The notes: a model not told the origin generated them from the sequence alone. DNA of 64,000 nt from an uncultured virus (IMG/VR IMGVR_UViG_3300021256_003716) (IMGVR_UViG_3300021256_003716), one strand, 5' to 3'; positions 48,225 to 60,682 are shown, counted from the first letter of the stretch. Made by a program: numbers and translations.

Positions 48225-48320
48225 AATTTTTCCATATCCGTAAGCTTATTATTCTTACGGTCTCCATACTAAAATTAGTAAAGCATTATTATACCTAAAA
48301 TGATTTGCTAATTTAATAAT

Positions 48321-48530
48321 ATGATATTATATTGTCGATTAAAGAGGCTTATTAAAGGAAGAGTATTTTTTGATAGATGGATTGGTAGTATGCTTGTACA
48401 TTATAACTATTATGAAGATACTATCGAAATTAAAAATTCTAAATTTGAAATTCTTGAGTCTTTACCATTAAAATTTTTTAAGTTTAAGCCTTCTCAGAAA
48501 GCAAAACAATATTTGAAACAAATGTTTTAG
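48321..48530 (+). CDS. Hypothetical protein
   Basis: ORF track. Confidence 0.5.
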   Translation: MILYCRLKRLIKGRVFFDRWIGSMLVHYNYYEDTIEIKNSKFEILESLPLKFFKFKPSQKAKQYLKQMF

Positions 48531-49717
48531 TAATTTAATAATTCTAAAACACGTTCTAAGAATTCTTTCTGTGAATCATTTGATTTAGGATCTGACCAAA
48601 TACCTGGAATACTACAAAGAGCGATTTCAATACAATCTTTATCTTTCCAATTATGTGTCATAGATTTTGGCGCTTGACCTGTAAATAATGTCCAAGCCTG
48701 CTCCGCATCAGTTTTTAATGATGAGAGTTTTTTATCTGAGTCTAATAAGTCAATAAAGTTTAGAAGATTTTTATTTAGCGGAAAATACCCTACAGTTTTC
48801 GGGATAGTGATACTGATATAAGTACCATCACCTTTTTTATCACAGGTTAGCTCAAACTCAGCAGCATTATGACCTTCTTTTTCAGATTTATTTATTTGTT
48901 TATCTTTTGACCAGTCATGTAATGCTTTATTTACTCTTTTAATAAGGTTTTCCAATTCTTTAGAAGATGCTTCTCTTAAGCTTGCAGAGTTTTTATATAT
49001 AGACTCAAAAAAGTCTTCAAAATCTTCATCATCCTCATCTTCATAGAGCTCATCAATTTCTAGAGTTGGGCATCTTTGAAATACCCATTCATAAATTGCG
49101 TCAGGGCTCATTGTGCTAGTCATAAGAAGTTCATCTAATTCTTCCTGTGCATATTTTTTTTCTTTTTCATGGACCTCTTTATAGGTTTCACTTTCTGATT
49201 CAAAATCATCATGTTTTAAAATACCAATTTGTGTTAGAACAGACTTATCGAAAAGACCAATAGAGGGAGCTTTAGTATAGTACTCATTAAATTGATAAGT
49301 TCTGTCAGTCTCATCAGCGTCCTCATAATTAAAGAAACCATCATACTTAAGCTCTTTAATAGCATTAGCAATTTTAGTACGCTCAGCTTCACCAAGTTTT
49401 GTCCAATCCTTATTTAATAAGATATCTTGTAATTTTAACCATTCAGCTTCCGGTAATTTAAGATAATTTTTTAAGTTATTTAAGTCGGAATCATTTTCTG
49501 CCATAAATATATTTATGTCGCGATTAATATTGAACTTTCTTATTTGTCCAAAAGTTTCTTCAAATTTTCTAGCATACCTAAGCGCATACATGAAATTTGG
49601 AGTAATAAAGTACCAAGGAAAATTTGCTTTTGAGATATCAGAAGATTCCGATTTAGCTAGAGTTCCATGATAAAAAACTTGATTTTTGTCTATATAAAGC
49701 TGTTCTGCGAGTACCAT
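48527..49717 (-). CDS. Putative ADP-ribosyltransferase-like protein
   Basis: FYHGT..YFITPN..YA..YA..YDGF in the N-terminal domain. Confidence 0.5.
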   Translation of the reverse strand: MVLAEQLYIDKNQVFYHGTLAKSESSDISKANFPWYFITPNFMYALRYARKFEETFGQIRKFNINRDINIFMAENDSDLNNLKNYLKLPEAEWLKLQDILLNKDWTKLGEAERTKIANAIKELKYDGFFNYEDADETDRTYQFNEYYTKAPSIGLFDKSVLTQIGILKHDDFESESETYKEVHEKEKKYAQEELDELLMTSTMSPDAIYEWVFQRCPTLEIDELYEDEDDEDFEDFFESIYKNSASLREASSKELENLIKRVNKALHDWSKDKQINKSEKEGHNAAEFELTCDKKGDGTYISITIPKTVGYFPLNKNLLNFIDLLDSDKKLSSLKTDAEQAWTLFTGQAPKSMTHNWKDKDCIEIALCSIPGIWSDPKSNDSQKEFLERVLELLNY

Positions 49718-49787
49718 AAAAAAATTAGTAATACTCAATTTTGTTCTTTTATCTGATAATTTATATATTATAAAAAGGTATACTTTT

Positions 49788-50879
49788 ATGAAAAAGATAA
49801 AAAATATTTATGGTGTTTATTTAAGTAAAGATTATTTTAGCTTCTATATTATTCATAGAAGTCCAAAATTGGATACTGTCGTTAAAGAAGAAGATGGTAA
49901 AGAGCTTATTATTCAAACATCTAAAATAAATAAAGGTAAAAATTCTCGATTAAGTGTACATTGTTGGTATGGCGAAAAAGGACATGCAACTTTAGTTGGT
50001 AATATCATAGATTCCGATGATTTAGTATATGATTCAGGTTGCGGAGAAAATGGTTCAGTACCTTGGACAAAAGGTAGGTCATATAGATATACTTATCGAT
50101 TTGATGAAAATAAAATGAAAGTTGAGCCTCTTCTTACAAAAGAAGAAGGATTTGAAATTTTAAGAACAGTTCCCCATAGGTTAGGTGGATGGGACCCAAC
50201 TATTGATAACTATGATATTCAGTGTGCTTGTGGCGAATATATGTCTAATCCAATGGATGGTAGAGTAGTAGAATACGTGGGTAATGATCCAAAATTATTT
50301 GAGCCTAGAATAGAAATTGGAAGAAAAAATCACTTCTTAAAAGAAAAACCAGTATTTAAGTATAATGATAAGCTTTATAAGCGTATAGATTGGCGAGATT
50401 GGCATGTTAAAGAATTTTATAATCGTAATGAATATGAGGAATTTCGCCAGTATTATAAAAATGATAGTAACTTTGAAGAAGAATATCCAGATTTTGATAT
50501 TATCTGGGAAAAATATTATAAGGATTCTTCCCAAGAAGCTGTAGATAAAGCAAATATGCCTGCCGCTGGATGGAGAGACCCTACTAGGAAAGTAACGTAT
50601 TTTTCTAAATCACCAATAATTGGGTCTTATGAAAGAGTGTTTTCTAAAGGATATATGTCTGAGCCTGCTCCTGGAACAGTAGACTGTCCATGTTGTAATC
50701 TGCTTCATAGAGTTTATTCTGAAACAGATTGCTATATTCCTTGGTATGGAAAAATTAGACGATGGATTGTTTTTGAAACTTGGCCAATTCAGAAGCTCTA
50801 TAATGACACAAAATATAGACTACAAAAGCGCATATCAAAAATAAAAAATCGTAAAGTGCGAAAGGGTAATAAAGCATGA
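49788..50879 (+). CDS. Hypothetical protein
   Basis: 363 aa ORF. Confidence 0.75.
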   Translation: MKKIKNIYGVYLSKDYFSFYIIHRSPKLDTVVKEEDGKELIIQTSKINKGKNSRLSVHCWYGEKGHATLVGNIIDSDDLVYDSGCGENGSVPWTKGRSYRYTYRFDENKMKVEPLLTKEEGFEILRTVPHRLGGWDPTIDNYDIQCACGEYMSNPMDGRVVEYVGNDPKLFEPRIEIGRKNHFLKEKPVFKYNDKLYKRIDWRDWHVKEFYNRNEYEEFRQYYKNDSNFEEEYPDFDIIWEKYYKDSSQEAVDKANMPAAGWRDPTRKVTYFSKSPIIGSYERVFSKGYMSEPAPGTVDCPCCNLLHRVYSETDCYIPWYGKIRRWIVFETWPIQKLYNDTKYRLQKRISKIKNRKVRKGNKA

Positions 50880-51381
50880 TTGAAAAACATGAATATAAAG
50901 AGGAAGACTTTTCAGAAAATTATACAGTTTGGAAAGGTGAAAAAAGGAATATTCCTTTAGACGGTTGGGTATTTGACAGATTTAATAATGCCTTTTATAA
51001 AGAATGTATAAATAAAGATGAAGTTTTATGTGTATCCTATACAGAAGAGTATCAATGGCATGCAGCTTTTGGTTCTGATGCAAATCTTCTATGGAAATAT
51101 TCAAGTTCAGATGCAGCAGATGTATTCTTAGAAGCGGATAAATTTTTTAAAAAGTGGTATGGAATTGAATAATATACCGCAAATATATAATAAAGCTTAT
51201 GACTAAAAAGTATGTTATTAAGGCAGATAATTTGTACTGGCGAACATGCTATAATGGTACAAAGTCTCTAACATCAATAGAAAATGCTGATGTGTTTTCT
51301 TCATATGTTAGCGCATTATTAAAATATTTTTTTATTATTCTTAATAAAAAAGGTGAAATTATAAAATGGGAAGAGCATTAA
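50876..51381 (+). CDS. Two small hypothetical ORFs (50876-51172, 51199-51381)
   Basis: ORF track. Confidence 0.55.
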
Positions 51382-52172
51382 TTTTTCCAGGTCAGGGATC
51401 AAAACTATTCACTGACACAGATTTGGCTAGAAGCCAATTAAATATTGTTGAAAATGAATTGGAGCTTTTAGATGCTCTAAAAGATTCTAATATTAAAATA
51501 GATAGTGTTGCAGGTTTAAGTTTAGGCGCATTTACTGCAATGTATGCTTGTGGTGCATTAGATAAAACTACTATGCTTTTCTTAGTAAAAGAGCGTAGCC
51601 GAGTAATGAATCTTTATCATAATAAAAATTGTGGTATGGCCGCAGTTATTGGTTTGGATGCTGATAAAATCTTAAAAGTTTGTAATGAGTATTCTAATAC
51701 TACCGGTAATAGAGTTAGATTATCTAATCATAATGCGCCAAAGCATTTTGTAATTTCAGGTTATCTTGCTGATATTGAAAAAGCAAAAGAAAAATTAGAA
51801 AAAATAGGCGGATTTATAGTACCATTAAATGTTACAGATGCTTTTCATACTGACTTAATGGGAATGGCAAATAGAGAGTTTGCTAGGGTACTTGATAATA
51901 TTGAGTTTAATAATATTAAAATTCCTTATGTATCTAATGTGCTTGGTGAATATATTTTAATGCCAAATATTTTGAAATCGTTATTATATCGTCATATGGA
52001 ATGTCCAGTTGCTTGGGAAAAGTCTATTAGAACTATGATTAGTAATGGTATTACGGAGTTTATTGAAGTTGGGCCAGGACATGCGCTTTCTAAGTTTGTT
52101 AAGGAAATTGATCCAACTGTAAAAACTTATGTAATAAATAATATTTCTGATATAGAAAAACTAAAGGACTAA
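51366..52172 (+). CDS. fabD: Malonyl-CoA:ACP transacylase
   Basis: FPGQGS, AGLSLG, AFH, PV.W, EVGPG. Confidence 0.9.
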   Translation: MGRALIFPGQGSKLFTDTDLARSQLNIVENELELLDALKDSNIKIDSVAGLSLGAFTAMYACGALDKTTMLFLVKERSRVMNLYHNKNCGMAAVIGLDADKILKVCNEYSNTTGNRVRLSNHNAPKHFVISGYLADIEKAKEKLEKIGGFIVPLNVTDAFHTDLMGMANREFARVLDNIEFNNIKIPYVSNVLGEYILMPNILKSLLYRHMECPVAWEKSIRTMISNGITEFIEVGPGHALSKFVKEIDPTVKTYVINNISDIEKLKD

Positions 52173-52174
52173 AA

Positions 52175-52456
52175 ATGAAATTAAGAGAAGTATTAAATCA
52201 GCTACCGATTGTTTATATAGATAAAGAACATTTGAAGAGAGATGAAGAAGGTAAAATTGTAAATTGGCCTACTTTCCCTTGTTGGATTCAATGTAAGTAT
52301 TATACTTGGGACATTGATGTAAAAGTTATGGATTTTGTAGAAAAGGAAGCACCTTTCTGGTTTGATGGTAAAGACTTTCATCAGACAACAGATTTATACA
52401 ACGCAGATGGAGCAGACTGGATTTTTGAATTAGGTAAACCAGCAAAGTTGCTATGA
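52175..52456 (+). CDS. Hypothetical protein
   Basis: ORF track. Confidence 0.6.
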   Translation: MKLREVLNQLPIVYIDKEHLKRDEEGKIVNWPTFPCWIQCKYYTWDIDVKVMDFVEKEAPFWFDGKDFHQTTDLYNADGADWIFELGKPAKLL

Positions 52457-52457
52457 A

Positions 52458-53978
52458 GTGATGGATGAAAATTTAGAAAAGTTAACTGCATGGGACAGAA
52501 TTTTATCAGTTATTGATGAGGATGATGAGTTTAATCCTATTTATGATGGATTATCTCCGAAAAATTTATTAGATATCCCAGATTATGACAAAAAGTTAGA
52601 AAATGCTCAAAAATTAACCAAATTAGAGGATAGTATCCTAACCGGTATTGGTATTGTAGGCGGAGTTACTTGTGCTATAGGCGCAATGGACTATAGATTT
52701 CTTTGTGGGAGTCTAGGAAGTGTCTCTGGCGAAAAAATTGCCAATCTTATTGAAATTGCTGGTAGAGGTGGCTATCCTCTTATTATATTTTGCTGTTCTG
52801 GCGGCGCTCGTATGCAAGAGGGAATTTACTCTCTAATGCAAATGAGCAAAATTGTTACAACCCTTGCAAAATATAAAGAACAAATACCAATTTATATTTC
52901 TATTTTAACTAATCCTACAATGGGCGGCGTAACTGCTAGTTTTGGTATGCTAGGCGATATTATTCTAGCAGAGCCTGACGCTACAATAGGTTTTGCAGGC
53001 CCTAAAGTTATTGAGCCACTTATAAAAGAAAAAATTCCAAAAGATTTTCAGAGTGCGGAAAATCAGCTTAAAAATGGATTTATTGATGCAGTAGTACCAA
53101 GAGACCAGTTAAAAAATACATTAGATTTACTTATCAAGAGTACAAAATATCAAGTATTAGACAAAGATACATCTACAGTTGAATTTGATTTAGTAAACTA
53201 CCAAGAAGACGTTTGGCAAAAAATAAAAGGTATTAGGTCTTTCGAGAGGCTTGATAATAAGGATTACATTTCAAAATTATTTAATAACTTTATCGAATTA
53301 CATGGTGATCGAGTATCTGGTGATGACCCTACAATTTATGGTGGAATTGCATATTTTAGGGATATTCCAGTAACTGTAATCAGTATCACAAAAGGACATA
53401 ATACTGATGAAATTATTAAAAATAAATTTGGTATGGTTTCCCCTGAAGGGTATAGAAAAGCTATTAGATTATTAAAATTGCATCCTTCAAGGCCAGTTAT
53501 TATTTTTGTAAATACTCCGGGTGCATATCCAGGTATACTTGCTGAAGAAAAAGGCCAAGGAACAGCTATTGCGAATTGTTTACTTGCTATGGCTGATGTA
53601 ACCGCCCCAACATTATCATTTATTACAGGTGAGGGCGGCTCAGGTGGCGCTTTAGCGTTAGCTACTAGCAATTGTGTCTGGATGCTAGAAAATTCTGTTT
53701 ATTCAGTTATATCTCCAGAAGGATTTGCTTCAATTTTATTTAAGGATGTAAATAGAGCACCTGAAGCTGCAAAACTTATGAGAATGACATCTAAAGACTT
53801 ATTAGAAGCTGAAGTAATTGATGGTATAATTCCTGAGCATGGCGGCGCAACAATGGAGCATTTAGATGAAATTGTTAAAGATATGGCAACTGTAATTGGC
53901 AATTTTATTAGAAAGTCTCATGACAAAAGTGGTAAGACTATCGTAGATGCAAAACATCAAAAGTTTAGTAAGTTTTAA
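52458..53978 (+). CDS. accDA: Acetyl-CoA carboxylase carboxyltransferase beta-alpha fusion
   Basis: SGGARMQEG, PTMGGV, GFAGP (AccD) followed by ELHGDR, PEGYRKA, GEGGSGGALA, YSVISPEG (AccA). Confidence 0.92.
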   Translation: MMDENLEKLTAWDRILSVIDEDDEFNPIYDGLSPKNLLDIPDYDKKLENAQKLTKLEDSILTGIGIVGGVTCAIGAMDYRFLCGSLGSVSGEKIANLIEIAGRGGYPLIIFCCSGGARMQEGIYSLMQMSKIVTTLAKYKEQIPIYISILTNPTMGGVTASFGMLGDIILAEPDATIGFAGPKVIEPLIKEKIPKDFQSAENQLKNGFIDAVVPRDQLKNTLDLLIKSTKYQVLDKDTSTVEFDLVNYQEDVWQKIKGIRSFERLDNKDYISKLFNNFIELHGDRVSGDDPTIYGGIAYFRDIPVTVISITKGHNTDEIIKNKFGMVSPEGYRKAIRLLKLHPSRPVIIFVNTPGAYPGILAEEKGQGTAIANCLLAMADVTAPTLSFITGEGGSGGALALATSNCVWMLENSVYSVISPEGFASILFKDVNRAPEAAKLMRMTSKDLLEAEVIDGIIPEHGGATMEHLDEIVKDMATVIGNFIRKSHDKSGKTIVDAKHQKFSKF

Positions 53979-54030
53979 AAGTCTATACTTAAGCTTTCCT
54001 ATATACATATTATAATATATAGGAGAAATT

Positions 54031-55711
54031 ATGTTAGACTATGGTCATGAAGCTGAAGCTATAGAAAATATCAACCGTGCAGTTAAGCTTACAGAAGAAA
54101 TGTCTGAGATGGCTATAAAATATAAAAAGTTGGCAGAGTTAGCTTATCTTGATGAAATAAATACTATTCAGCATAGCGTTTCATACTGGATGCTTGAAGC
54201 TACTTTAGAAAAAAGTGAAAAGTGGCTTTCAATAATAAAAGAGAAGTATGATAAGCGTAGAAAGTATGAAGAGAAAGGTTCTTTTGAAGTTCTTACTTCA
54301 CATATAATGTCTGAAATAACTGGTACACCTATAGAAATAACAGATATTAGCACTCTGCATTATGCTGGTATGAGTCATGCTGTTAGGTTTAAGTGTGTGG
54401 ATCAGGATTTTGCATTATTTATTCCGCATCTTGCAGGTCTTAATAAAGAGACATATGGGTATTGCCATAAAGGTAAACTTGCATTATCTTATGTAAAAGA
54501 CTCAGACCATGGCTTAATAGCGAGAAGCTATAGGGAAGAGGATTTAAAAGAGCCATTTCAAAAATATATTAAGTCACATCAAGTACATAATGAATATTTT
54601 GAATAAATATTTAGCAGAGGTTTATACTCTGCTTTTTCTTTTTACATATTATAAAATAAGGGGATTATTATGCTTACGCTACTTAAAATAAGTTTAATGT
54701 TAATAGTTATTGGCTTTATGATTGTGGCCATCTGTTTATTAGCTAACCATATAACAAAATTTTTAGAAGTATCTTCTATACCTATGATAGATTCTATTTT
54801 ATTTATTGGGTCTATGCTTTTTTGTATTGGTTTATTACTTGTGACAATATTTTTTGCATTATATATTGTTAAATATCTTATTGCGCTTATACTTGCATTA
54901 TAATTTTAGGTAGATTAACGGAATGAATACTTTAGCTGGAATAATAGAAGATATAAATAAAAGCGAATTAGTTTCTGATAATGTTATTAAAGAAATTATA
55001 AAGCTTATTGGTCAAGACAAGTGGAATGAACTCCAAAATACTGTTAGCGATATTTGCACAACGCCTGGAGAACTTTTAATTACTCTAAAAGAAGCTCAGC
55101 AAATTGAAGAAAATGCTTTAGAAGGATGGTATATCGCTTATCGAGATGAGAATAATAAATTACATTATTATAGCGGTTGTAAGATGGGCTCCGGGTTTGT
55201 AAATGGTGTTTATTCTGCTAAAATCTATAAATCTAAAGATAACGCAATAAAAACAATTGTAGATAAGAATAAAAGTGGTAAACCTGAATGGTTAGAGGCT
55301 TTTCCTCTTTATGTTCAGATTTTATTTCCATAGGAGAAATATATGTCGGATGTAATAACAGTAGAAAATATAGAAGATATTGTACGGGTTTTTAGAAAAA
55401 GTACTGGAAAAAGTATTGATGAAGTTTTACCAGAGATTAAAAATCTAGCCAAACCAAAAGAAACTTATATTAATAATTTAATGAAAGGATATATTGATCT
55501 TTTTATTGATTTAGCAGAAAAACAAGCACCAAATAGTGAAAATTTCAAAAAGTCAGCAAGAATGATTTTATATTCTTTTGTTAAAGAATACTCAGATAAG
55601 CTTTCAGAAGAAATATATTTTGGCGCCTATGATGACCACTGTTTGATAAGTGTGGACGCTGTAGAAAAAATTATTAAGAAAATAGGTATAAATCCTGAGG
55701 TAATCTCATGA
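54031..55711 (+). CDS. Four hypothetical ORFs (54031-54606, 54670-54903, 54923-55333, 55343-55711)
   Basis: ORF track, tandem. Confidence 0.65.
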
Positions 55712-56232
55712 CAGAGTTTAAGATAATGGTTTGTGGTTCTAGAACTATTACTGATAGAGAACTAGTATTTAAGTGGATTGAAAAAGATATTTCTATTCAT
55801 CCAGATGATAAAATAATTATTATCGAGGGTGAAGCAAAAGGAGTAGACTCTATTGCTAAAGATTATGCTTTGATTAACCACTTGGATATTATGTCTTTCC
55901 CCGCTGATTGGAATAAATATGGAAAAGCGGCGGGTATAATCAGAAATGAAGAAATGGTTAAAGCTTGCGACCACTGTCTAATAATTTGGGATGGACAGAG
56001 TAAAGGTACAAAAAATGATATTGATCTTTGTAGGAAATATCATAAAACTTATAGAATAATTGTACCAGGAAAAGTAAATTGTAATTATTGTGATGAAAAA
56101 ATAACTTTTGTAGATAAAACAAATGAAGACAATTTCTGTAATGAATGTCATATGAATACTTATACTTCTTGTAAATGTGAAAATTACAGTTGTTTTAGCT
56201 ATGCTCTTGAAGAGAATATTGTAAAGCTTTAG
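55708..56232 (+). CDS. SLOG (DUF2493/YspA-like) protein with a C-terminal Cys cluster
   Basis: VCGSR, GEAKGVD, PADWNKYGKAAG.IRN, WDGQSKGT. Confidence 0.85.
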   Translation: MTEFKIMVCGSRTITDRELVFKWIEKDISIHPDDKIIIIEGEAKGVDSIAKDYALINHLDIMSFPADWNKYGKAAGIIRNEEMVKACDHCLIIWDGQSKGTKNDIDLCRKYHKTYRIIVPGKVNCNYCDEKITFVDKTNEDNFCNECHMNTYTSCKCENYSCFSYALEENIVKL

Positions 56233-56240
56233 GAGGTATT

Positions 56241-57701
56241 ATGCCACCAAAATATGATATATCTAAAAGTGTAACTTATAAGCATGCGCCAACTTGGAAA
56301 AAGTTTATAAATACTTTTGATAAAACCTTTAAGGATGTATTTAAGGATAGCTTTGAACTCGCAGAAATTATAAAAAAAGCTTTTGAAGATGGGTATTCTT
56401 CTACCTTAAAAGATTATGAAGGTGATTTTATTTGTAGCTATCAAAGAAATAATGCAGAGCCAACAGAAATAGAAGCGAGGGCTTATTTTAATGAATAATG
56501 CTATTGTTTATAATGATAATCTTAAAGGCTCCATAAGTCCTTCAGTCAAAAAGCTAATAGAAGACTGGCGTGTTCTTCTAGAAAATGCGAAGGAAGTACC
56601 AAATGAGTTTACATTTTATCCTGGGGAAATAATTAAAAATCCTAAAAAAATAATTAAAAAAGGTGAGCTCTCCGAGGAAGATGTAAGCCTGTACTTTGAT
56701 GATTATCCAGCTATTAGTTATGAGCATATTGGTCTAGGTTTTCGTCTAGAAAGCTTATCGGAGATATATGTATGCCATTAAGTTCAGATATTATTGAAAA
56801 ATTACCAGATAATATAAAGGCGCTTGTAAATGATGGCTTTATTGATCTTGAAGTAATACAAGTTCAAGATTCTTTTAATGTAACTATTAAATTTCCAAAA
56901 GGTGAACCTGATTTAGAAGTAGACTTTGAGGCGGATTTGGCGGGTATGTACTTTAATGAAGTGTCAGAGTATTCTAAAAAAGCGTATATAGAAGAGGAAG
57001 TTTATAATGCTATAGCAGCAGTATATTTTGAAAATTTTAAGAAAGGAGAAAATTTTGTCAAACTCTACGATTAAAGCAAATATTAAAGGTGATATTACTG
57101 AAGGTAAGCAGACATTGGTTATAAAGTGTTCTAACCCAGAATATTTTTATGATATTATAAAAGCTGTAAATAAGGTTTTACCTGTAAGTAAGGTAAAAGC
57201 TGACAGTTTATTTTGTAACCAGTATCTTAAAGAGAAATTGGCCACTAAAGGAATAAAGCTAAAATATGAGCGTCGTCCTAAAATTGTCGAAGAAAAGCAC
57301 GTTTAATGAATCTGATGTTTTATCAGAAGAGGATATTAAGCAACATATTGGCGAAGATAGATTTCATGCATTAGAAAATGCAATTGCGGCAGATGGCGCA
57401 AGTAAGTCTGAAATTATGTATTTAATCTCCTGCGCAATTAAAAACGACGATGAAGAGGCATCATTATACTTTGATTGAAATAAATGAACATTTATATACA
57501 AAACAATGGCAAACAGATGTTGATGAGCTAGATGAAATTTTTTTGCCAAAGTCAGATGTTGATAAAAAAATTGAGTATAATGATAAGCATTCTCCATTAG
57601 GATTAGAAAACTTTTGGCTTTTTTGTCGAAGTACAAAAGATTGGGTAGAATATAGAAGTAATTTTAAGTTTTGTCCATTTTGTGGTAAAAAGTTAGATTA
57701 G
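56241..57701 (+). CDS. Six small overlapping hypothetical ORFs (starts 56241, 56491, 56772, 57028, 57266, 57450)
   Basis: ORF track; several share a YF[D/N] motif. Confidence 0.6.
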
Positions 57702-57712
57702 AGGAAAATTAC

Positions 57713-58573
57713 ATGATTAATAGTATTAAATTAATTCAAGAGCCAGAGCGAGAATTTAATTATATTCGTGAGCTTACTCGAAAAACACAAATTAGAAAAC
57801 TCTATGAAATGCTTGAAAAAGGTATTGAATTTAAGTCTGGATTGAATTATATTATTGGTGAAAATGGTAGCGGTAAAACTACAATATTGAATATTATCCG
57901 CTCAGCTACAGGTTGTGAGCATTCTTTTATTCCACAGCCAGATTATTTACCTATAACTACTATTACTAGAATGAATGACCTTTTTGAAAGTTTTGAAGTA
58001 AAGGGTGATTACTCTTATGCAATTTTTAATCTTTATAGACTTTTTGAAGATAAAGAAAAAGTTGGTAGCTCATCAGCTATGGACAGAACAGAAGACCTTA
58101 AGCTTTATCTTGCTGGAAAAGAAGAATCTAAAGGCCAAAATGTAATGGGTGACATAAATCAGCTGTTTAACTGGATGTTTGCACGACAAGATGAATGTTA
58201 TCCTATTTTAAAATATATTAAAGATTGGCATGATCAGGGCCATTTTATTGAAATATCCTCTATAAATGATGAAAATGGCACAACCACTAAGCTGCTTAAA
58301 AATATTAATAAAAATCAGGTAAATACTGAAAAAGTTTATACTATTCTTATGGACGAGCCAGATCAAGGCTTAGATATAGAAAACTTAAAAGAGATTTATG
58401 GTGTTGTCAGCTATGATAAGCCAAGCACTCAACTTATTGCAGTTTTACATAATCCTATTTTGATTTATAAACTTTCAAAATTAGAAAATGTAAATTGGAT
58501 TGAAACCACTCCCGGCTATCTTAACTCTGTTAAAAAAGATGTTGAAGAGTTTTATGATTGGATAAAGAAATAA
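57713..58573 (+). CDS. ABC/AAA-type ATPase
   Basis: GENGSGKT, SKGQ, ILMDEPDQGLD, H-loop VLHN. Confidence 0.85.
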   Translation: MINSIKLIQEPEREFNYIRELTRKTQIRKLYEMLEKGIEFKSGLNYIIGENGSGKTTILNIIRSATGCEHSFIPQPDYLPITTITRMNDLFESFEVKGDYSYAIFNLYRLFEDKEKVGSSSAMDRTEDLKLYLAGKEESKGQNVMGDINQLFNWMFARQDECYPILKYIKDWHDQGHFIEISSINDENGTTTKLLKNINKNQVNTEKVYTILMDEPDQGLDIENLKEIYGVVSYDKPSTQLIAVLHNPILIYKLSKLENVNWIETTPGYLNSVKKDVEEFYDWIKK

Positions 58574-58600
58574 GTTAAATAGGATTAGTAGGAAACTATA

Positions 58601-60681
58601 ATGGAACCTTATGTAAAAGATGGCGCAGCGGTTTTATCTAGTATGTATCCCTATAGGTATTCTAAGGACGCTGCTAGAATACTTAAAGAATCTTATGAAA
58701 AAGCCAATGAAGCAATTAAGGATATAGAGAAAAATAATGAGTTTGTTAGGCTTTATAAAGAATTAAGTAAATTTTCTAAGTTGGCAGATATTAAAGATTA
58801 TACACAAAGTAATGTTGAAGATGTATTAAATATTTACAGGTCTCTTGAACAAGAGGAAGAGAATAAACGAATTGCTGAAATATATTTTGATTAGGCTTTT
58901 TTAATATTATCTATATATTATAAATATATGGAAGAAAAGGTTAAAGATTGTACATCCTCTGAAATTAAAACTTATGATGAGTTTTTGCTTTATCTTGATC
59001 GTGACCTCTCAACAAATAAAGGGTCTTTTATTAAAGATTCTAAAAGTCTATGTGCTAGAGCAATTAAGTTTCTTAATAAAGCAGTTGAAGATAAGTATAT
59101 AAGACAAACTACGATGGAGGCATATCTTTGGCTTATTTCTAGAAAAAATTCTATCCCAGTTAGGGATATATTAGATAAGTTTGTATGTATTGAAGAAGAA
59201 TCAATTTCATATTTTAACTAAAGGAATATGCTATGAAACAAGATATAGTTTTGGATAAAGAAGAAAAAATTCCAGATTTTGAAGAATTGAAAAAGCTTGT
59301 AGCAGAAAAAAAGGATGCATGTACTAAACTTCAAGATTTTACAAATTATGAAAGAAAGGTTGCAGAAAACAACCTTAAAGTAATTTGCTCATTTATGAAA
59401 TCTTTGCATAATGCACTTGGCGACCTTGATGCATTTGAAGTTATGGAAGATTATTCTGTAACGCTTTATGACCATTTTTTTAAGATTAATAATCTACATC
59501 CAAATTATGATGACCCTCATATGGGCTATGATGACATAAAATATATTAAAGACCTTAGTTCAAAATGGTCAAAGTTTAAAAAGGCTCTTATGAAAGACCT
59601 TAAAAAATACTTAAAAGAAAAAGTTGATGGATATACAAAAGAGCTTAATGAAAAAGACCCAATTGTAGAATTAGAGGTATAAATATGAGATGTGAACATT
59701 GCAGCCACTGTCTTGGTGGCCAGCTCCCCGAAAGTTATGATGAAGAGTGGTACTGTGAATATGGCTTTGCAGACCCATGGGACGGCGGTGGATGTTTATA
59801 TATTTTAAGTCATATTAGGCGATTCTTTTATCGTATTTATGGCTTTTTATTTAAGCCAAATTATTATTATATATTTTCTGCAACAGAATATAATCCCGAT
59901 ACTTTTGAAACGCCTGTTTTACAGAAAAATAAACTTTTTGCGTATCAGTATGGTAAAACTGCTAAGCGATTTAGAACAAGAAAATGGGCCAATCGGTTTG
60001 CTGATAAAGTTATAGGTAGCCATTCTCATGTTTCACAAAGAGGAATAATTTAAAATGTTAAGCAAAGAAGAAATAAATAAGTTTATATCTGAAAATTTTT
60101 CTGAAGAAAGTATGCCAGAGCTTAATGTGAAGGTATCTATAAAGGGTGAAGAAGTTTCTGTAAAAAACTTATTGAAAGCCGCATATGAAAAAGGCTTAAG
60201 TCGCTCATATGATGAGGAATTAAAAAAGAGATTTAGTTTTTCTAGAGACGTAGAGTTTAAATCAAATGGACTTTTCCCGGGGTATTATGTAGTAGCGCAC
60301 CTCTACTCAGAAATGCCAGAGCTTTGTTATTTTAATGGTCAATGTCTTAGAACTGTTGGTGAAAATATTTATATATCAGAAGATGATATTATAGGTGCAG
60401 TAGAGATAAATATACCATCGGATATACTTGAAGAAGTTAAAAAATGGCGGGAAATGAATACAGCTAAAGTTGTCTGTCATGACATAGCTGACTCAATTGT
60501 ATATCATAAAAATGATAGAGAAGAACAAGAATATAATCTTTATTTGAGACTTAAACAAAAATTTGAAGAGCCAGATGAGTTTTCTTGTTTTCCAAAAATT
60601 ACACTTCCAAAGGGAAGTGAAGAAAAAATTGATAAAATTGTAGATAATATTTATAAGAAAATAAAGGAGGAGACATATTAG
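58601..60681 (+). CDS. Five hypothetical ORFs (starts 58601, 58928, 59233, 59685, 60055)
   Basis: ORF track, tandem. Confidence 0.65.
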
Positions 60682-60682
60682 T

